NCBI GenBank assembly: GCA_030265395.1
Contig: JARFYF010000051.1
Location: 12,531,050 to 12,595,049, forward strand
Direction: 5' to 3'
Source: Rhina ancylostomus
Lineage: Eukaryota
Length of the DNA stretch: 64,000 nucleotides
This document shows, piece by piece, positions 39,477 to 52,185 of the stretch. The position numbers and the translations under genes were made by a program. The notes beneath the pieces were generated by a model. The model did no database searches and was not told where the DNA came from. It saw only the letters and a list, made by a program, of their open reading frames with translations. Position 1 is the stretch's first letter; every line of letters starts with the position of its first letter.

Positions 39477-39781
39477 ATCTTGATGAATTGCAGAGAAGTT
39501 CTGAAGAAAAAAGTGGACTACTTCTGCATCTAATTTTATGTTCTATTCTCCGGAGTTACTACTGGCTTCAGCCAGACCCAGACGTGAATTAGAAAAGATT
39601 ATTATTGTTATTATTATAGCATTGTTATGCTTAGAATAATTAATACGAGGATCATTTCACTGAACCTGGGAATGTAAGCCATTTCATGTTTTTTTTTAAA
39701 AACACACAAGAGGCAGTTAGTAACAAAGACACAGTATGATACTTCACTCGAAGTACTGCATGTCTTTGAAATTCTCTATCC

Positions 39782-40493
39782 TGTTACATACCAGCAACAA
39801 AAGAAATACACCAAGTCATGTATAAGTATTAGAAACTATTTTATTAATAACTACTTATGGTAATAAGAAAAATACAAATAAAAATGTTAGAATGTTAGAA
39901 GTAAAAATGTTAGATATCAAATATTAACCCCAAAAACTAAACCCAAAGTGTGTGTGTGTGGCAAATACCCAAACTCCAAGTTCAGGAATGGATCTCAAAG
40001 TTCAGTTCAGCAAGCCATGAGGTGAAACGTGAGCAAAGGCTCTTGCAAAACCACTGTTGACTGAAGAGAAGATGTAGAGAGAAAAAAAAGAGAAGTTACG
40101 AAATCCAAATGTTCCACGATGGAACCCATACGACACCTCAGTCACTGATGATCTTCACTGCTTTGTTCCGAAGTATCTGCCACCCCAAAAGGCACTCGAG
40201 GCGTGGCTGTCCACACAAATACCTGTTTCCTGCTACAGGTTAACGACAAAGTAGACTCCACTGGATTATTCCAAAAATCCATATGTGGATTGTAGTGACA
40301 CAGTTGTTTTTTTTCATCCATCGATACAGAGACCAGCAGACAGGGTGTCTCTCTCCCTCTCTCTCTTCTCTGACTGACTGCTCCAAAACATCAGCACGTC
40401 CTTTTCTCCTGTTGTTGTGTAATCACACCACACACACACTACTGTGCTACGTCTTAAGGCGACATTCACCAAATAGTAGCCTAATCCCTAACA
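39782..40493 (-). mobile_element. Complete solo LTR, family A, 712 bp
   Basis: ATCC|TGTTA...TAACA|ATCC: 5-bp inverted termini and 4-bp TSD. Reverse-complement homologue of 17351-17662. Confidence 0.88.
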
Positions 40494-42337
40494 ATCCCAC
40501 GTGTTGTAGATTATGAGTCATTACATAATGTTTCAAAGCTGGGACTGATAGACTTCTGGAAGTTAAAGAAATCAAGAGATAATGGGATCACGTGAGACAG
40601 GGGAATAGAGTTTGAGGATCAGCCATTAACTCAATGAATGGTAGAACATGCTTGAAGTATTACATGGTTAAATTTAGATTCCTATTTCCCATGACCTTAC
40701 ATCATGCAAGGATATCAGTGAAGTTGATGTTTGACAAATGGTACTTTCTTTGGTTCAATTTTAAATAGTGGAGAGATCACTGTTCTGAAACCATTTCCAT
40801 ACATTTGCATTGCAAAATCCAGCTCCTTTAAATTTATGGCAGGCACAATTGGGTAAAAAAATGTCAATGGCTCTTCATGTAATAAAAACATTACAGGGTA
40901 AAGAATCATTCTGGTTAACTTCAAGAAGCAAGAATTGCCAAGATATTGAATTTACCAGTGCAAATGGTGAGAGCAGGTTTACAGATATTAGACTATTGTC
41001 CTGTCCAGTCATCGATATGAACAAGACTAGTGAATTGAGCCAATAATCACACAGGAATCTTGAGTAGCTCAAAACGTGGCCAATATGAGCCCTCCTTTCA
41101 ACAGAAAAGCAGAAACAAGAAAAAAAAATTAAAGCGAAAGTTTAAGTTTTGCATGCCCCTTCGTTGGAGATTATATTTCAGCTCACTTCACTGAGGACTT
41201 CTATGAAATTCATTTCCCCATAACCATCCTGCAACAAACACAAACAAACTTGGAGGATAAACTTTATCTTATGGATACTGATGGCTGTTGTTTACACCAG
41301 AACTTGAGTGATGACACAATGAATTTCTGTTCACAGCAATGCTGAAGTTTAAAGAAAAGTCAAAGCATGCATCCCTCAAGGCTGGAGCAAAGCAGAATAA
41401 GAATCTCTCTTCTTGGGATCATTTTTCAGCTTCCACCAGTAGTCAAACATACCCACAAAACTTGATGGTGACTGTGCAAATGAAGCACTTTCCACTGGCA
41501 ATAAAACTATAAACACAGATCATTAACCCATGGAATAAAATTTCTGTCTGATCCGAAGCAGTATGTTGATGTTAAAGCACTATTAAATGGGCTCATTATT
41601 TTTTGTTAAAGTAACTGATTCTTATACATATAAAATGAATATTAATATCTCAAGTAGTAGGATTTAGGATTTATCGATTCAAAAAGATTCATTTTTCACA
41701 AGTGTCCCCCGAGGGGGGTTCTCTTTCTTAATGAGGCTCATTTATCCTATTTTTTCTGCTTTCTGTTAAAACATATTGAACAGAATCAACATGCATATGC
41801 ATGAATGAGAACCTTGCACTACCCTCCGTGGATATCAATTTTTTTCACTTTAATATATGCATCACATAGATAACTCATTTGGAGGGATATCTTTTCAAGT
41901 CCAATTTTCAAGTCATGGAGGCTTAATTCCATTGGTCTTAGTGGGCTTCTTTTATTTCCTGGTGTCCAAAACAGCAATAAGCAAATTGCTCTACCTCTAA
42001 ATCATTTAACATAAAGAAACAGCTAGTGTGGGTAGATAACAATATGTCAAAACAACTCTCAGCCAAGCTATCTTCAAAACAGCAGACAAGGCATAATTCA
42101 GCAAGAACTAGTTCCTCAATTTAGTTTTAATTATAACAAACCCTGAATTGAGGCTCATCATGTGATGGACAGCAGAATTAAGATAATGACAAAATCTAAT
42201 TTCCTGAACATATGAGATGCTCAGAATGGTTTGTTTTAAATAAATGGAGCCTAACACTTATTTCCTCATAATGTGGTCGAAGTCCTCAGATAAAGTAAAA
42301 GAGCAGTCATCCAGCCCTTACTTCAATGCATTCCCAA

Positions 42338-42709
42338 TTAGAGAGAAAATAGAGAGTAATTATGAAATCCAAATGTTCCATGATGGAACCCATACGACAC
42401 CTCAGTGTCTACTCAGCAGTGACTACTCCACCGCACCTGCCTCCCTGAAAGGCGCTCGAATTGTGGCTGTCCACACAAATACCTGTTTCCTTCTATCTGT
42501 CAACAACAAAGTGAACTCCACTGCTTTGTTCCGAAGTATCTGCCACCCCGAAAGGCAACCGAGACGTGGTCGTCCATACAAATACCAGTTTCCCACTACA
42601 GGTTAATGACAAAGTGGACTCCACCAGATTGTTCCAATAATCTATATGTGGATTGTAGTGACGGACACAGTTACTGATTTTCATCCATCGATAGAGACTA
42701 GAAGGCTGG

Positions 42710-42778
<69 letters not shown>

Positions 42779-42891
42779 CTGACTGACTCTGACTGTCTGC
42801 TCCAAAAATATCATAACATCCTTTACCTTCTGTTGTCATCATCACGCCACACACAGTCACATACACAGACACAGACACAGACACAGACACA

Positions 42892-42932
<41 letters not shown>

Positions 42933-42983
42933 CTGGGCTAGGTCTAAAAGGGACATTCACCAATAGTAACCTAGTTGGTAACA
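42338..42983 (-). mobile_element. Truncated family-A LTR with expanded (TC)n and (CACAGA)n/(CA)n microsatellites
   Basis: Aligns to ~40075-40493 and ends GGTAACA; the other terminus is absent. Confidence 0.8.
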
Positions 42984-43765
42984 CAGGGTATAAACCCTTG
43001 GGTTCGGATCTGGTTCAGATTGGCCATGGCTGGATCAGGTTCAGGTCGCCTTTTAATTTTATTTCCAAGCAGATCACTACTATCTGTGTTTGTGTAACAC
43101 TATTATGATCAATAATTCACCTATGGAGATTGCGATGCTCAATTGATATGTTGAATGATAGAAAATATTGCACCCCACAACTTGGAAGTTCTGATCTCAT
43201 TTCCGAGGTCCTGATTTGTGGTCTTTTACACACAGAACTGTAGAATTGACGTAAAATTTCTTCTTGCAGTTTCTGAAAGAGAGGAAGAATCAAATAAAAT
43301 CCCAGTGCAGACTATGGGAAAGGAATAAAAATCAGAGTTCCAAACACTGCTAATGTGCCTTTTGCTGCCTTTGAAGGCATTTGATGATTTTATCTCAATG
43401 TTGTGTACATGATCCTATATACCTGTGATGCTGCAGCAAGCAAGTTTTTCATTGCACCTGTGTGTACATTTACTTGTGCATATGACAATAAACTCAACTT
43501 TTTGGCTTTGGAATAGATGCACAATAGAGGCCAGTATTGACTAATGTCCATTAATACCATAGTGAGTGAGAGTTGAATGCAGGGTGAGGCTAATGGTAGG
43601 ACTTACAGCAAATTCACTCCAAGGGCAGTGTCTGATTACATAATACCTATTGAAAACAGTCTAGAGTCTACTTAAACAGTGCATTACCAAAAAACAGTCT
43701 GCATAATCTATTTAAACACTGTACGCAGTACACAATCTATAGAGTCAACTTCAATAACATCTCAA

Positions 43766-44088
43766 TATGTTCCAGATGATGGGTAAGTCCAGGACCAGAG
43801 GGCATGATTTAAGAATAAGGGGTAGGCCAGTTAGGACAGAGGTGAGGAGAAACTTCTTCTCCCAGAGGGTTGTGAATTTGTGGAATACACTGCCTCAGAG
43901 GGCAGTGGAGGCCAATTCTCTGGGCTCTTTCAAGAAGGAGCTAGATAGGTTTCTTATAGATAGGGGAATCAAGGGATATGGGGACAAGGCAGGAACAGGA
44001 TATTGATTGTTGAGGATCAGCCATGATCTCAAAATGGTGGTGCAGACTCGAAGGGCCGAATGGTCTACTTCTGCTCCTATTGTCTATC
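43766..44088 (+). mobile_element. Young 5'-truncated CR1 3' end
   Basis: Uninterrupted GKSRTRGHDLRIRGRPVRTEVRRNFFSQRVVNLWNTLPQRAVEA...KGYG, plus tail GATCAGCCATGATC...GGGCCGAATGG. Confidence 0.9.
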
Positions 44089-44711
44089 TCCATAAACTCC
44101 AGTGAACAGACTTTATCAATAACATCTGCAACAAAGTCTTCCAATCAAAGCAGGGTAATTTCTCCGACTATAGTATGCATGAAGGATAGTTCTGTACAGA
44201 TTGTGTGTGCAAAATATACCTCGGTCATTCTCAGTAGTGTAGTCTCTTTATGGATTGATATCTCTCATCTAGCCAGGAATAACAATATCACTAGAATTAG
44301 CCAATAATTATTTCTCAGATTTGAGCACAGAATCCTTATTGTTGCTTGGGGACGATTTTTCAATAATTTCTCAGATGTTCCCCTCAGGAGTTAAGGCTCT
44401 GGTGTAATTTTAATTCAACACATATCCCATTTATTACAAGCTCTCCTCTGACCCAAGAGAGCTATCTGTTGAAATATACCACATACTACATACCAAAGGG
44501 CTTTTCTTGAATTGAGAAACAGCAACATCTGGTTGGAAGTCAATTGCAACAATATCATTGCCCAGTTTCAGATAAAAGCAAACAGAGTCTTGTTGGTAGA
44601 GAGAAAGGAAAGATGCACATTCTTATTAAGCTTTCCATGATTAATCATATGACAAATGCTGGCCAGGACACCAGAATTCCTCTTTAAAGTGGTACTGTAG
44701 GATTGCCAGCT

Positions 44712-44797
44712 GAAAGATCTCCACCCGAAATGTTGACTGTCCATTTCCCTCCATAGATGCTGCCTGGCCCGGTGAGTTCCACCAGCAGCTTGTGTGC
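44712..44797 (+). mobile_element. Penelope-derived repeat fragment with a truncated hammerhead
   Basis: CCCGAAATGTTGACTGTCCATTTCCCTCCATAGATGCTGCCTGG...GAGTTCCACCAGCA. Confidence 0.6.
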
Positions 44798-45052
44798 TGT
44801 ATCATAAGACTGTTGACACCCACCTGACAGGGCCCTGCTCTGAATGACAACACCACTGACAGTGCTGCTGTGTCTGGCTCTGCAATGGACTGCCAGCTAT
44901 TGGAGTCAAGTCTTTGGAATGGTGCCAAGTCTATAACTTTCTGATCCAGGCATTACAGATTTCTTGCCACTTACTGTCCTGTGACCCTGTTGGAAATGTA
45001 CGTACTTGGTCCCTGAGTATATGCTTCTTCAAACTTTACTCTGATTGGAATT

Positions 45053-45810
45053 TCAATTGGTTTATTATTGTCACTTGTACCAAGGTACAGTGAAAAACTT
45101 CTCTTGTACACCATCCATACAGATCAATTCATTACACAGTGCATCGAGGTAGTACAAGGGAAAACAATACAGAATGAAGAATAAAGTGTAACAGCTGCAG
45201 AGAAAGTGCAGTGCAGGTAGACAATAAGGTGCAAGGTCATAATGAAGTAGATTGAGAGGTCAAGAGTCCACATTATTGTATGAGGGAACTGTTCAATAGC
45301 CTTATGACAGCAGGATAGAAGCTGTCCATGAGCCTGATTGTACATGCTTTCAGGCTTTTATATCTTCTGCTCGATGAAAGGGGGGAGAAGAGAGAATGTC
45401 TGGGCTGGGTGGGGTCTATGATTATGCTGACTGCTTTACCGAGGCAGTGACAAGTATTGACAGAGTCCACGGTGGGGATGCTGGTTTCCGTGATGTGCTG
45501 ATCTGTGTCCACAACTCTCTGCAGCTTCTTGCGGTCTCAGGCAGAGCAGTTGTCAGATAGGATGCTTTCTCTGGTGCATTGATAAAAATTGGTGAGTGTC
45601 AAAGGGGAGTGCCAAATTTCTTTAGCCTCTTGAAGAAGTAGAGGTGCTGAGGATCTTTTCTGGCCATGGCATCTATGTGGTTGGACCGAGACAGACTATT
45701 GGTGATGTTCACTGCTGGAAACCTGTGCACTGTCCCTCCCCTTCCTGAAGTCAATGACAGCTCTTTTGTTTTGCTGACATTGAGGGAAAGGTTGATGTCA
45801 TGATACATGC
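45053..45810 (-). mobile_element. Rex1/Babar-type LINE 3' fragment
   Basis: Translates to HDINLSLNVSKTKEL...NITNSLS.SNHIDAM...LYFFKRLKKFG and DPTQPRHSLFSPLSSSRRYKSLKA...DSFYPAVIRLLN. Tail GTGACAATAATAAACCAATT. Confidence 0.85.
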
Positions 45811-45954
45811 AGTGAGTGGAGGATAGTTACACTGTAGATGATCAGTGAGAGAAAATAAGTTCTCATAATTTTTGGATTAAATTGGTGAATAGTGACTGGG
45901 GAAACTTCACACTATAGTGACATGGACCATAAAGCCAATGGTAATTGGTAGTTG

Positions 45955-46220
45955 ATGATTGGTTTATTATTATCACATGTACTGACATACAGTGAAAAGC
46001 TTTTGTTTGCGTGCCATCCAGACAGATCATTCCTTACATTGGTACATTAAGGTAGTACAAAAAGGAAAAAAGAAATATGCAGAATATAGTGTTACAATTA
46101 CAGAGAAAGAGCAGTGCAGGTAGACAAAATGCAATGGCCACAACAAGGTAGACTGAGAGATCAAGAGTTTGTCTTTATCATATACGAAGTCCAATCAGGA
46201 GTCTTTTAACTACAGGGTAG
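45955..46220 (-). mobile_element. Rex/Babar 3' UTR fragment
   Basis: Homologous to ~45055-45310. Confidence 0.7.
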
Positions 46221-47029
46221 AGTAAAATCAATGAGAATTAAAATATTTGCAGACCCAAATATTTTATTTGCAAGATGTGCATGGAAGTTCTGGTATCAAA
46301 CCATGTGAGATCAAACCTCCTTCCAGCCTATTCCCCTGAATTCTGCTTTTTCTTCTCTCTCCTGAAGCCAGAACTATTGCATTGCATTCACCCTGTAACT
46401 AAAGTTTAAACATATTGCACATAGAATGAGCAAACAAGCCTGTAAATCAAGCCCATTATTTTATTCAATAATTAAGCTGGTGATTGTACTATGCAGTATT
46501 AATTAATGCCAATGTGTATTTTTAATCAAACAGACCAGCAGATTGCCTTCAGCAGTCACTCAGGGTCAGCAGACTAATCAGCCAATCCAGTTGGCAGAAT
46601 TATTTTGTTTGCTTGCTTATTTCTTTGAGGGGCTGAGAGCACTCCTGGGAAACAACAGCTAAATTGAAACTTTCCGTAGTCTGTTCCTTACTCACTACAA
46701 CAAACATCCCAGCTTGGGCATTCGTTGTGGCCCATTTTGGGAGCAAAACAAATGGTGCACTTGGACCTCACATCAAAGCTCAGGGTCCTGCTTAAACTTG
46801 GATTTAAAAACAGAGCAAATGCAGTCTACAGAAGGCAGCAAATGGGACTGCTCTGCTGGGAGCTGATATAGATCTGATGGGCTGAATGGACTCAGGTGTC
46901 ACAGTAACTAAGAATGTAATATGATTTCAATGGTAAGCTACATGCACGGTTTTAAATAAGTATCATTGTTGCGTACCCTCTGGTGGACCCATACAAGCCT
47001 GTGATCAGCTCACAGCAGAGCTAGAAAAC

Positions 47030-47330
47030 AGGAGCAGGAGCAGGAGCATGCCACCTGACCCCTCAAGCCTGTCTCGCCACTTGAGAAGATCGTGGTTGGT
47101 CTAAGCTCGCTTTGACTCCACTTCTGTGCCAGTTCTTCACAGCCCTCAATTCCTCGATCTTTCAAAAAAATTTTCTACCACTACCTCAACTTCTTCTAAT
47201 GGACTAGCCTCCACAATCCTCTGGGGTAGGGAAGTCTAGAGAGTCAACACCCTCTAAACAAATTTCTGTGCACTTGTTTTAAATGACCAGCCCCATATCT
47301 TGTAAATATGTCCCCTGGTTTTTGACCCTC
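47030..47330 (-). mobile_element. CR1 3' tail fragment
   Basis: AGGAGCAGGAG..GCCACCTGACCCCTCAAGCCTG...AAATGACCAGCCCCATATCTTG. Confidence 0.7.
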
Positions 47331-49199
47331 CACTCCCCCTCCCCCCAACCTTCAATGCCCCCCCACCCCAACACCCCCACTCAACCCATTGACTGGGATG
47401 GTGCATGTTTTAGATGAATTAGGAAAATACACAGGTGGAGAGTATATTTGGTTGCACTGTGTGCCTGGCCAAACATCACACTTCAGTGACTCCAGTCACA
47501 GAGGTGACCATTCAACACATTTTAATGGAAAATGCTAAGAAACTTGAAGAAATGAGGGTTCCAGAAGGGCAGCAGCGAAATTCTGGTCCCTTCTGAGCAA
47601 GTTCTTCCCTCTTTCAAATGCAAGGATGGAAACAAAACTATAAATCACAAATGTTCTCAATATTTGTGCTTTTTAAAGCACCAATATGATCTGTCAGAGT
47701 GGCGCGTCATGACATTTTGATCACCTGTGTTGTTAATCCAATCTAAAAAATTAACAAGATACATTGAGCTCCAGTATATTAGTGCCTTTAGGCCCTACCC
47801 AGCGTACAGTCAATGGTTTCAAACTTTCTTTATTGCCTTGTGTTTGAACACCAGCAGGTGGACACCACATGGGAGCCTAGCAGAGATCCCTCACCCCTGA
47901 TTGACATGCAGGGTGGCAGATTTCACAGTGCAGAAGGTCAGCCATGGCTTGAGGGAGGCTGAATTATGCAAATAGCCACAACTGTCAGAACTCAGTGGGA
48001 TACGAGCAGGACACCTGCCTGTTCATCTTCATTCAGCCGCCAATTACCCGGCACCTTATAAACTTTGACATTAAAGGCTGCAAAGAAAATACCCAAAGGC
48101 AAGACCTTTATTAGACCGCATGCTTCAAGATTGACAAGATTAACATTTAGAAATGTAATAGGGTTAAATTACATTTTGTACCAACCAATAACTTTTCCAG
48201 CCCACATTTGTATGGAGTTTGGAACACAATACCTCATGATCAGCAGGTCTCATTATCCATCTGGACTTGCCACCTCGTTTGGGGGAATGATTTGGCATTT
48301 GTCAAATGGAAAATGAAGTGAAGCAAATCAAAACTCAATGCTGCTGGCAAGCCTCAGACCAATGAATTGCAGAGGCTAGGATACAACCTCCAAGTCCGCG
48401 CAGCTCAACTGAGCAGCAACTGGTCTCAGCACCGCCAGGCTTGGGAAGGGGAACACTGTTGCTCCAATTAGATGATGACTTTTGCTTGAAGTGTCTAATG
48501 CAGGGAAAGCAGCAGAGGACAGGATCTGATGCGACTATAATACTGCTCGTAGTAAGTGGAATCTCAGTGCTCTTTGTCTGAGACCTGTAACAGGGACTGT
48601 CGACTATGGGTAGTACTGGTGGACAGTTGACATTTTTGGAACTGCACTCCAGCAGCACTGGTGCATCGAGGAAAGAAAAAAAAACATTTACCTAAACTGA
48701 TGAAAATAACATATTTGTGAAGAAAAAAATATTACAAATTTGTAAAGAAAATAATTTTGCATCGATATAGCACCTTCAACAAATACAGGACAAAGCTCTT
48801 TCCAGCCAATGACATGTTGTTGAATTGTAGTCACTGCTACAATGATTTAGAATTGAATTGGTTTATTATTGTCACATGTACTGAGGTACAGCAAAAAACT
48901 TGTCTTGCGTGCCATTCACACAGCTGAGAATAAGAGGTTGAATTCCAATAACCAGGTTTGATGATAGATAACTGTGACACAGATAATAACCAGAAATTTA
49001 TATGAAATCTGGCAAATACTTGCTCTGAATTCAAAGCATCTTTAACTTTACTGGAGAGCAAAAATCTTTGGCAATTACTGTGGGATCTTATTCCTATTCT
49101 CCTTTCACAGCAACAGACTTGTGGGAAGAGTGGGCCATTCTGCCCATTGCCAGCACCTTACTAGAGCAAACAAGGCAAATTCCATTGCTTCCAGGAAGG

Positions 49200-49610
49200 G
49201 GATGTGAAAGAGGTGATTGGTTCAGAAGTGTAATAGCAGTGGGGAAGAAGCTGTTGTTGAGTCTGGTCGTCCAGACTTTAAGCTTCTGTATCTTCTCCCA
49301 GAAGATAGAAGAGACAAAAGGGAAGGGCTAAGGTGGCAGGCATCCTTGACAATACTGTTAGCCTCCCTGATGCAGTCCGAATCAGGTTTATTATCACTGA
49401 CGTATGTGGCGGTGTGTTGTCTTACAGCAGCTGTACAGTGCAAGACATAAAGACATAAAAATTACTACACGTGACAAAAATAAATAAATAGTGCAAAAGA
49501 GGAATAACGAGGTAGTGTTCATGGACCGTTCAGAGATCTGATGGTAGAGGGGAAGAAGCTATTCCTGAAACATTGAGTGTGGGTCTTCAGGCTCCTGTAC
49601 CTCCTCCCCT
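49200..49610 (-). mobile_element. Two adjacent Rex/Babar 3' fragments
   Basis: Translates to ANSIVKDACHLSPSLLSLLSSGRRYRSLK, and a second copy CTGATGGTAGAGGGGAAGAAGCT...CAGGCTCCTGTACCTCCTCCC. Confidence 0.7.
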
Positions 49611-51069
49611 GAGCAACTGAGGCAGAGTGGGAACATTAAGTCACACGTGTCCCACTCCAACATAATCTCGGCTCTGCTTAGCTTACACTCAGTCAGGGCA
49701 GAGGTGGGCATTAAAAACCCTTCTGTAAAGACAGGAAATATTCCACTGAACTGCTAGAGGAAGAATTCAAGATAAATGGGGTCGACATAAAAGAAATGAA
49801 ATGTTCCCAAATTTTATTTGGAAGCCAGTTGCAGACAAGTACTTTAAAGTAACAAATTTAGAAGGATCAAACTTAATAAATCTCAACTGTCTGCAATATA
49901 CAAACACCCTCAGCACCTAATGTTATAGCAGTGGGTGTGCTTCTCATAAATCACATCTACTTTCACCCTGGGAAACTGACGCCATAAATGGTACAATTGG
50001 TCAGCTAACGAATCAGGAGTGAGTGAACTAATATGCTTTAAAATTAGGTGGAGTGCTGCCATGATTTTGGGAATTTGTAATAAAAAGGCAGAAAACACTA
50101 TTTTCCTTTTAAAAAAAGACACATTTTTCTTAAACATATCCAGTTCTTTTCAATATCAAAAAGGCATATTGATACAGAGTAGTTAATATCCTAAACTAAA
50201 AAGTCTTTCCGAAAGGCCGTACTAGAAACAGCTCATTAACTTGCCTGGGTAATTCCAAAAACCTCTCAAGTTATTCACATCCAGAAGTTATGTGTCTCTT
50301 TGCAAGCTGGACTTCTGCAGGTTGTTTGTGAGGAAGCCAAGTCTAGAACAACAACAGGATGGCTCACAGAAGTTGTGCCCTGATTTGCAATCGATACCTT
50401 TTGGTTTGGTTACACTGCCATTTTAGCAAATGGTTTGTGATTCTATCTCCCCATCTCTACAGTGCTGGAGAAAGGCAGATACACTGATTAACAAGGTTGG
50501 GGAGACAGGGGCAAGAAAAATTACAATGGATGGGAGACTAGAGATAGAGAAGTTGTAGCCTTCACTCTGGATGTAACATACAGGAGTTTTGTTTCAATTA
50601 GGGACGAAGACCCAGAGTGAAAGAGTGCTGTATTTTAATACCATTGTGTGAAAATATCTCAGCAGTTGCACAAAGGCAATGGAGGTGATGAGATTCTTTC
50701 ATCTTAGTATGGAGCAAAGCCATTTAAACGATTTGAATTGAGCCCCATTTTGTGTTTGCTTTTGGAGACATTGACATTCATTTGTACAGTACAGGTCAGA
50801 AANNNNNNNNNNNNNNNNNNNNNNNNNNNNNNNNNNNNNNNNNNNNNNNNNNNNNNNNNNNNNNNNNNNNNNNNNNNNNNNNNNNNNNNNNNNNNNNNNN
50901 NNTTAAGCAACCAACCAGGGAATAGGCTATATTTGATCTAGTACTGTACAACAATAAAGGGATAAACAATAAATTTGTAAAGGGTTGTCTAGGAAACTGT
51001 ACCCCCAAATCTACAATCTCTGTCACTGTAGAGGACAAGGGTACTTGATGCAAAATAATACTATTTGCA

Positions 51070-52185
51070 TGCTCCCCTTGAAGTCACACACCATCCTGAT
51101 TTGGAAAAAAATTGTCATTCTTAAATCCTAGATAGGTCTAAATCTTGTAATATCTACCCAACAGCAACCATGAGGACTGCATCAGTTTAGTCTAAGGTGG
51201 TTCATTACCTCTTTCTCAAGGACTTTTAATGATGGGTTATAAATGCTGGCCTTGCCCATAACCACACCGCCCCAAAAAAAAGTAAATGGAAGACAGATAA
51301 ATATGCAGATTAGCCTTCATGAATTCACCAATCACCATTTCAACTTGAAATTCAAATACAAGTGCAATGGTGTTCTTCCCTCATCTCAGGCTTCCACCCT
51401 CTTCCCTTGCCTAGGAAGTAGCTAGATCAAACACTTACTTCCTACCAGGCCTCTTCTCTATTCCTGTTAACCATTTTCAATGGTGAACAATTGATAAGTT
51501 GTCTATTAAATTAAGTGTAAACTCCCTGGTGCTGCTCTGAAATAAACCCATTGTTGTCTTTGCTGTATTCTCACCTGGGAGTTATAAATAAACATCATGT
51601 TCAAGTTCAATATGAAGAATGGATCAGCTTGTCACAAATCAGCTAGCCACTGGCATCATTTGACTCACTGAGTGCCAACAGAAGTGGTAGTGGAAGAAGA
51701 GGGAAAAAAGTGTGGAAAAATAAAGTGATAGCATAGATGTCAGAACTGAGAACTGCTCATTCGGTTGCAATGTTTCAGTATGTCATGGTTTACATTTATA
51801 GCTGTATTTATATGTATGTATTGAATTAGATGTGCAGCTAATCCCACTTAATCAACTCAAATTCTTTATTTCATCATAATGTAAAAAAATGAATAAATCT
51901 CAAATAATGTCTTCAAATAGTATCAGTGGCCATAAGAGGAGTCAGAGGTTGGGTATTCTTCAGAGGTTGGGTGTTACTCAGCTCCTGACACCATCCCCCA
52001 TACCCCCAAAAGCATTTCTAGCACCTCCACTCCAAGTGTATTGAAATGCTCTCCATATGCCAGGATGAAAAACTCCAACTGTGAAGAAACTCAACACCAT
52101 CCAGAACAGTGCATCTTGCTTATTTGATATCCATCCATCACTTTAAACACTCAGGCACTTCATCACAAGCGCACAATAGCTGTAT
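51070..52185 (+). mobile_element. Two old fragments (~51070-51275 and ~51925-52185) of the LINE family at 38915-39476
   Basis: Tail GATGGGTTATAAATGCTGGCCTTGCC, and the segment AAGAAACTCAACACCATCCAG. Confidence 0.55.

Larger units (their letters stand above)
37210..39545 (+). mobile_element. Old CR1 LINE (RT to 3' tail) carrying two nested insertions
   Basis: Translates to LKEVAI...FQNSMDSRIVPADW, YLDFQKVFDKVLHK, SKFADDTKL, RGRLKTDIRKNSFTQ. The tail resumes after 39476. Confidence 0.8.

Noticed and set aside
42681-43108. ORFs with (CV)n, (ER)n and (HT)n repeats
   Set aside because: They are translations of microsatellites.
48335-48658. 107-aa Cys/Ser-rich minus-strand ORF as a CHCHD3 exon
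   Set aside because: The long frame needs phase 1 but the upstream exon ends in phase 2, which gives an early stop. It has no recognisable homology.
51412-51444. TAGGAAGTA...TACTTCCTA 9-bp inverted repeat
   Set aside because: It is too short to exceed chance expectation in 64 kb.
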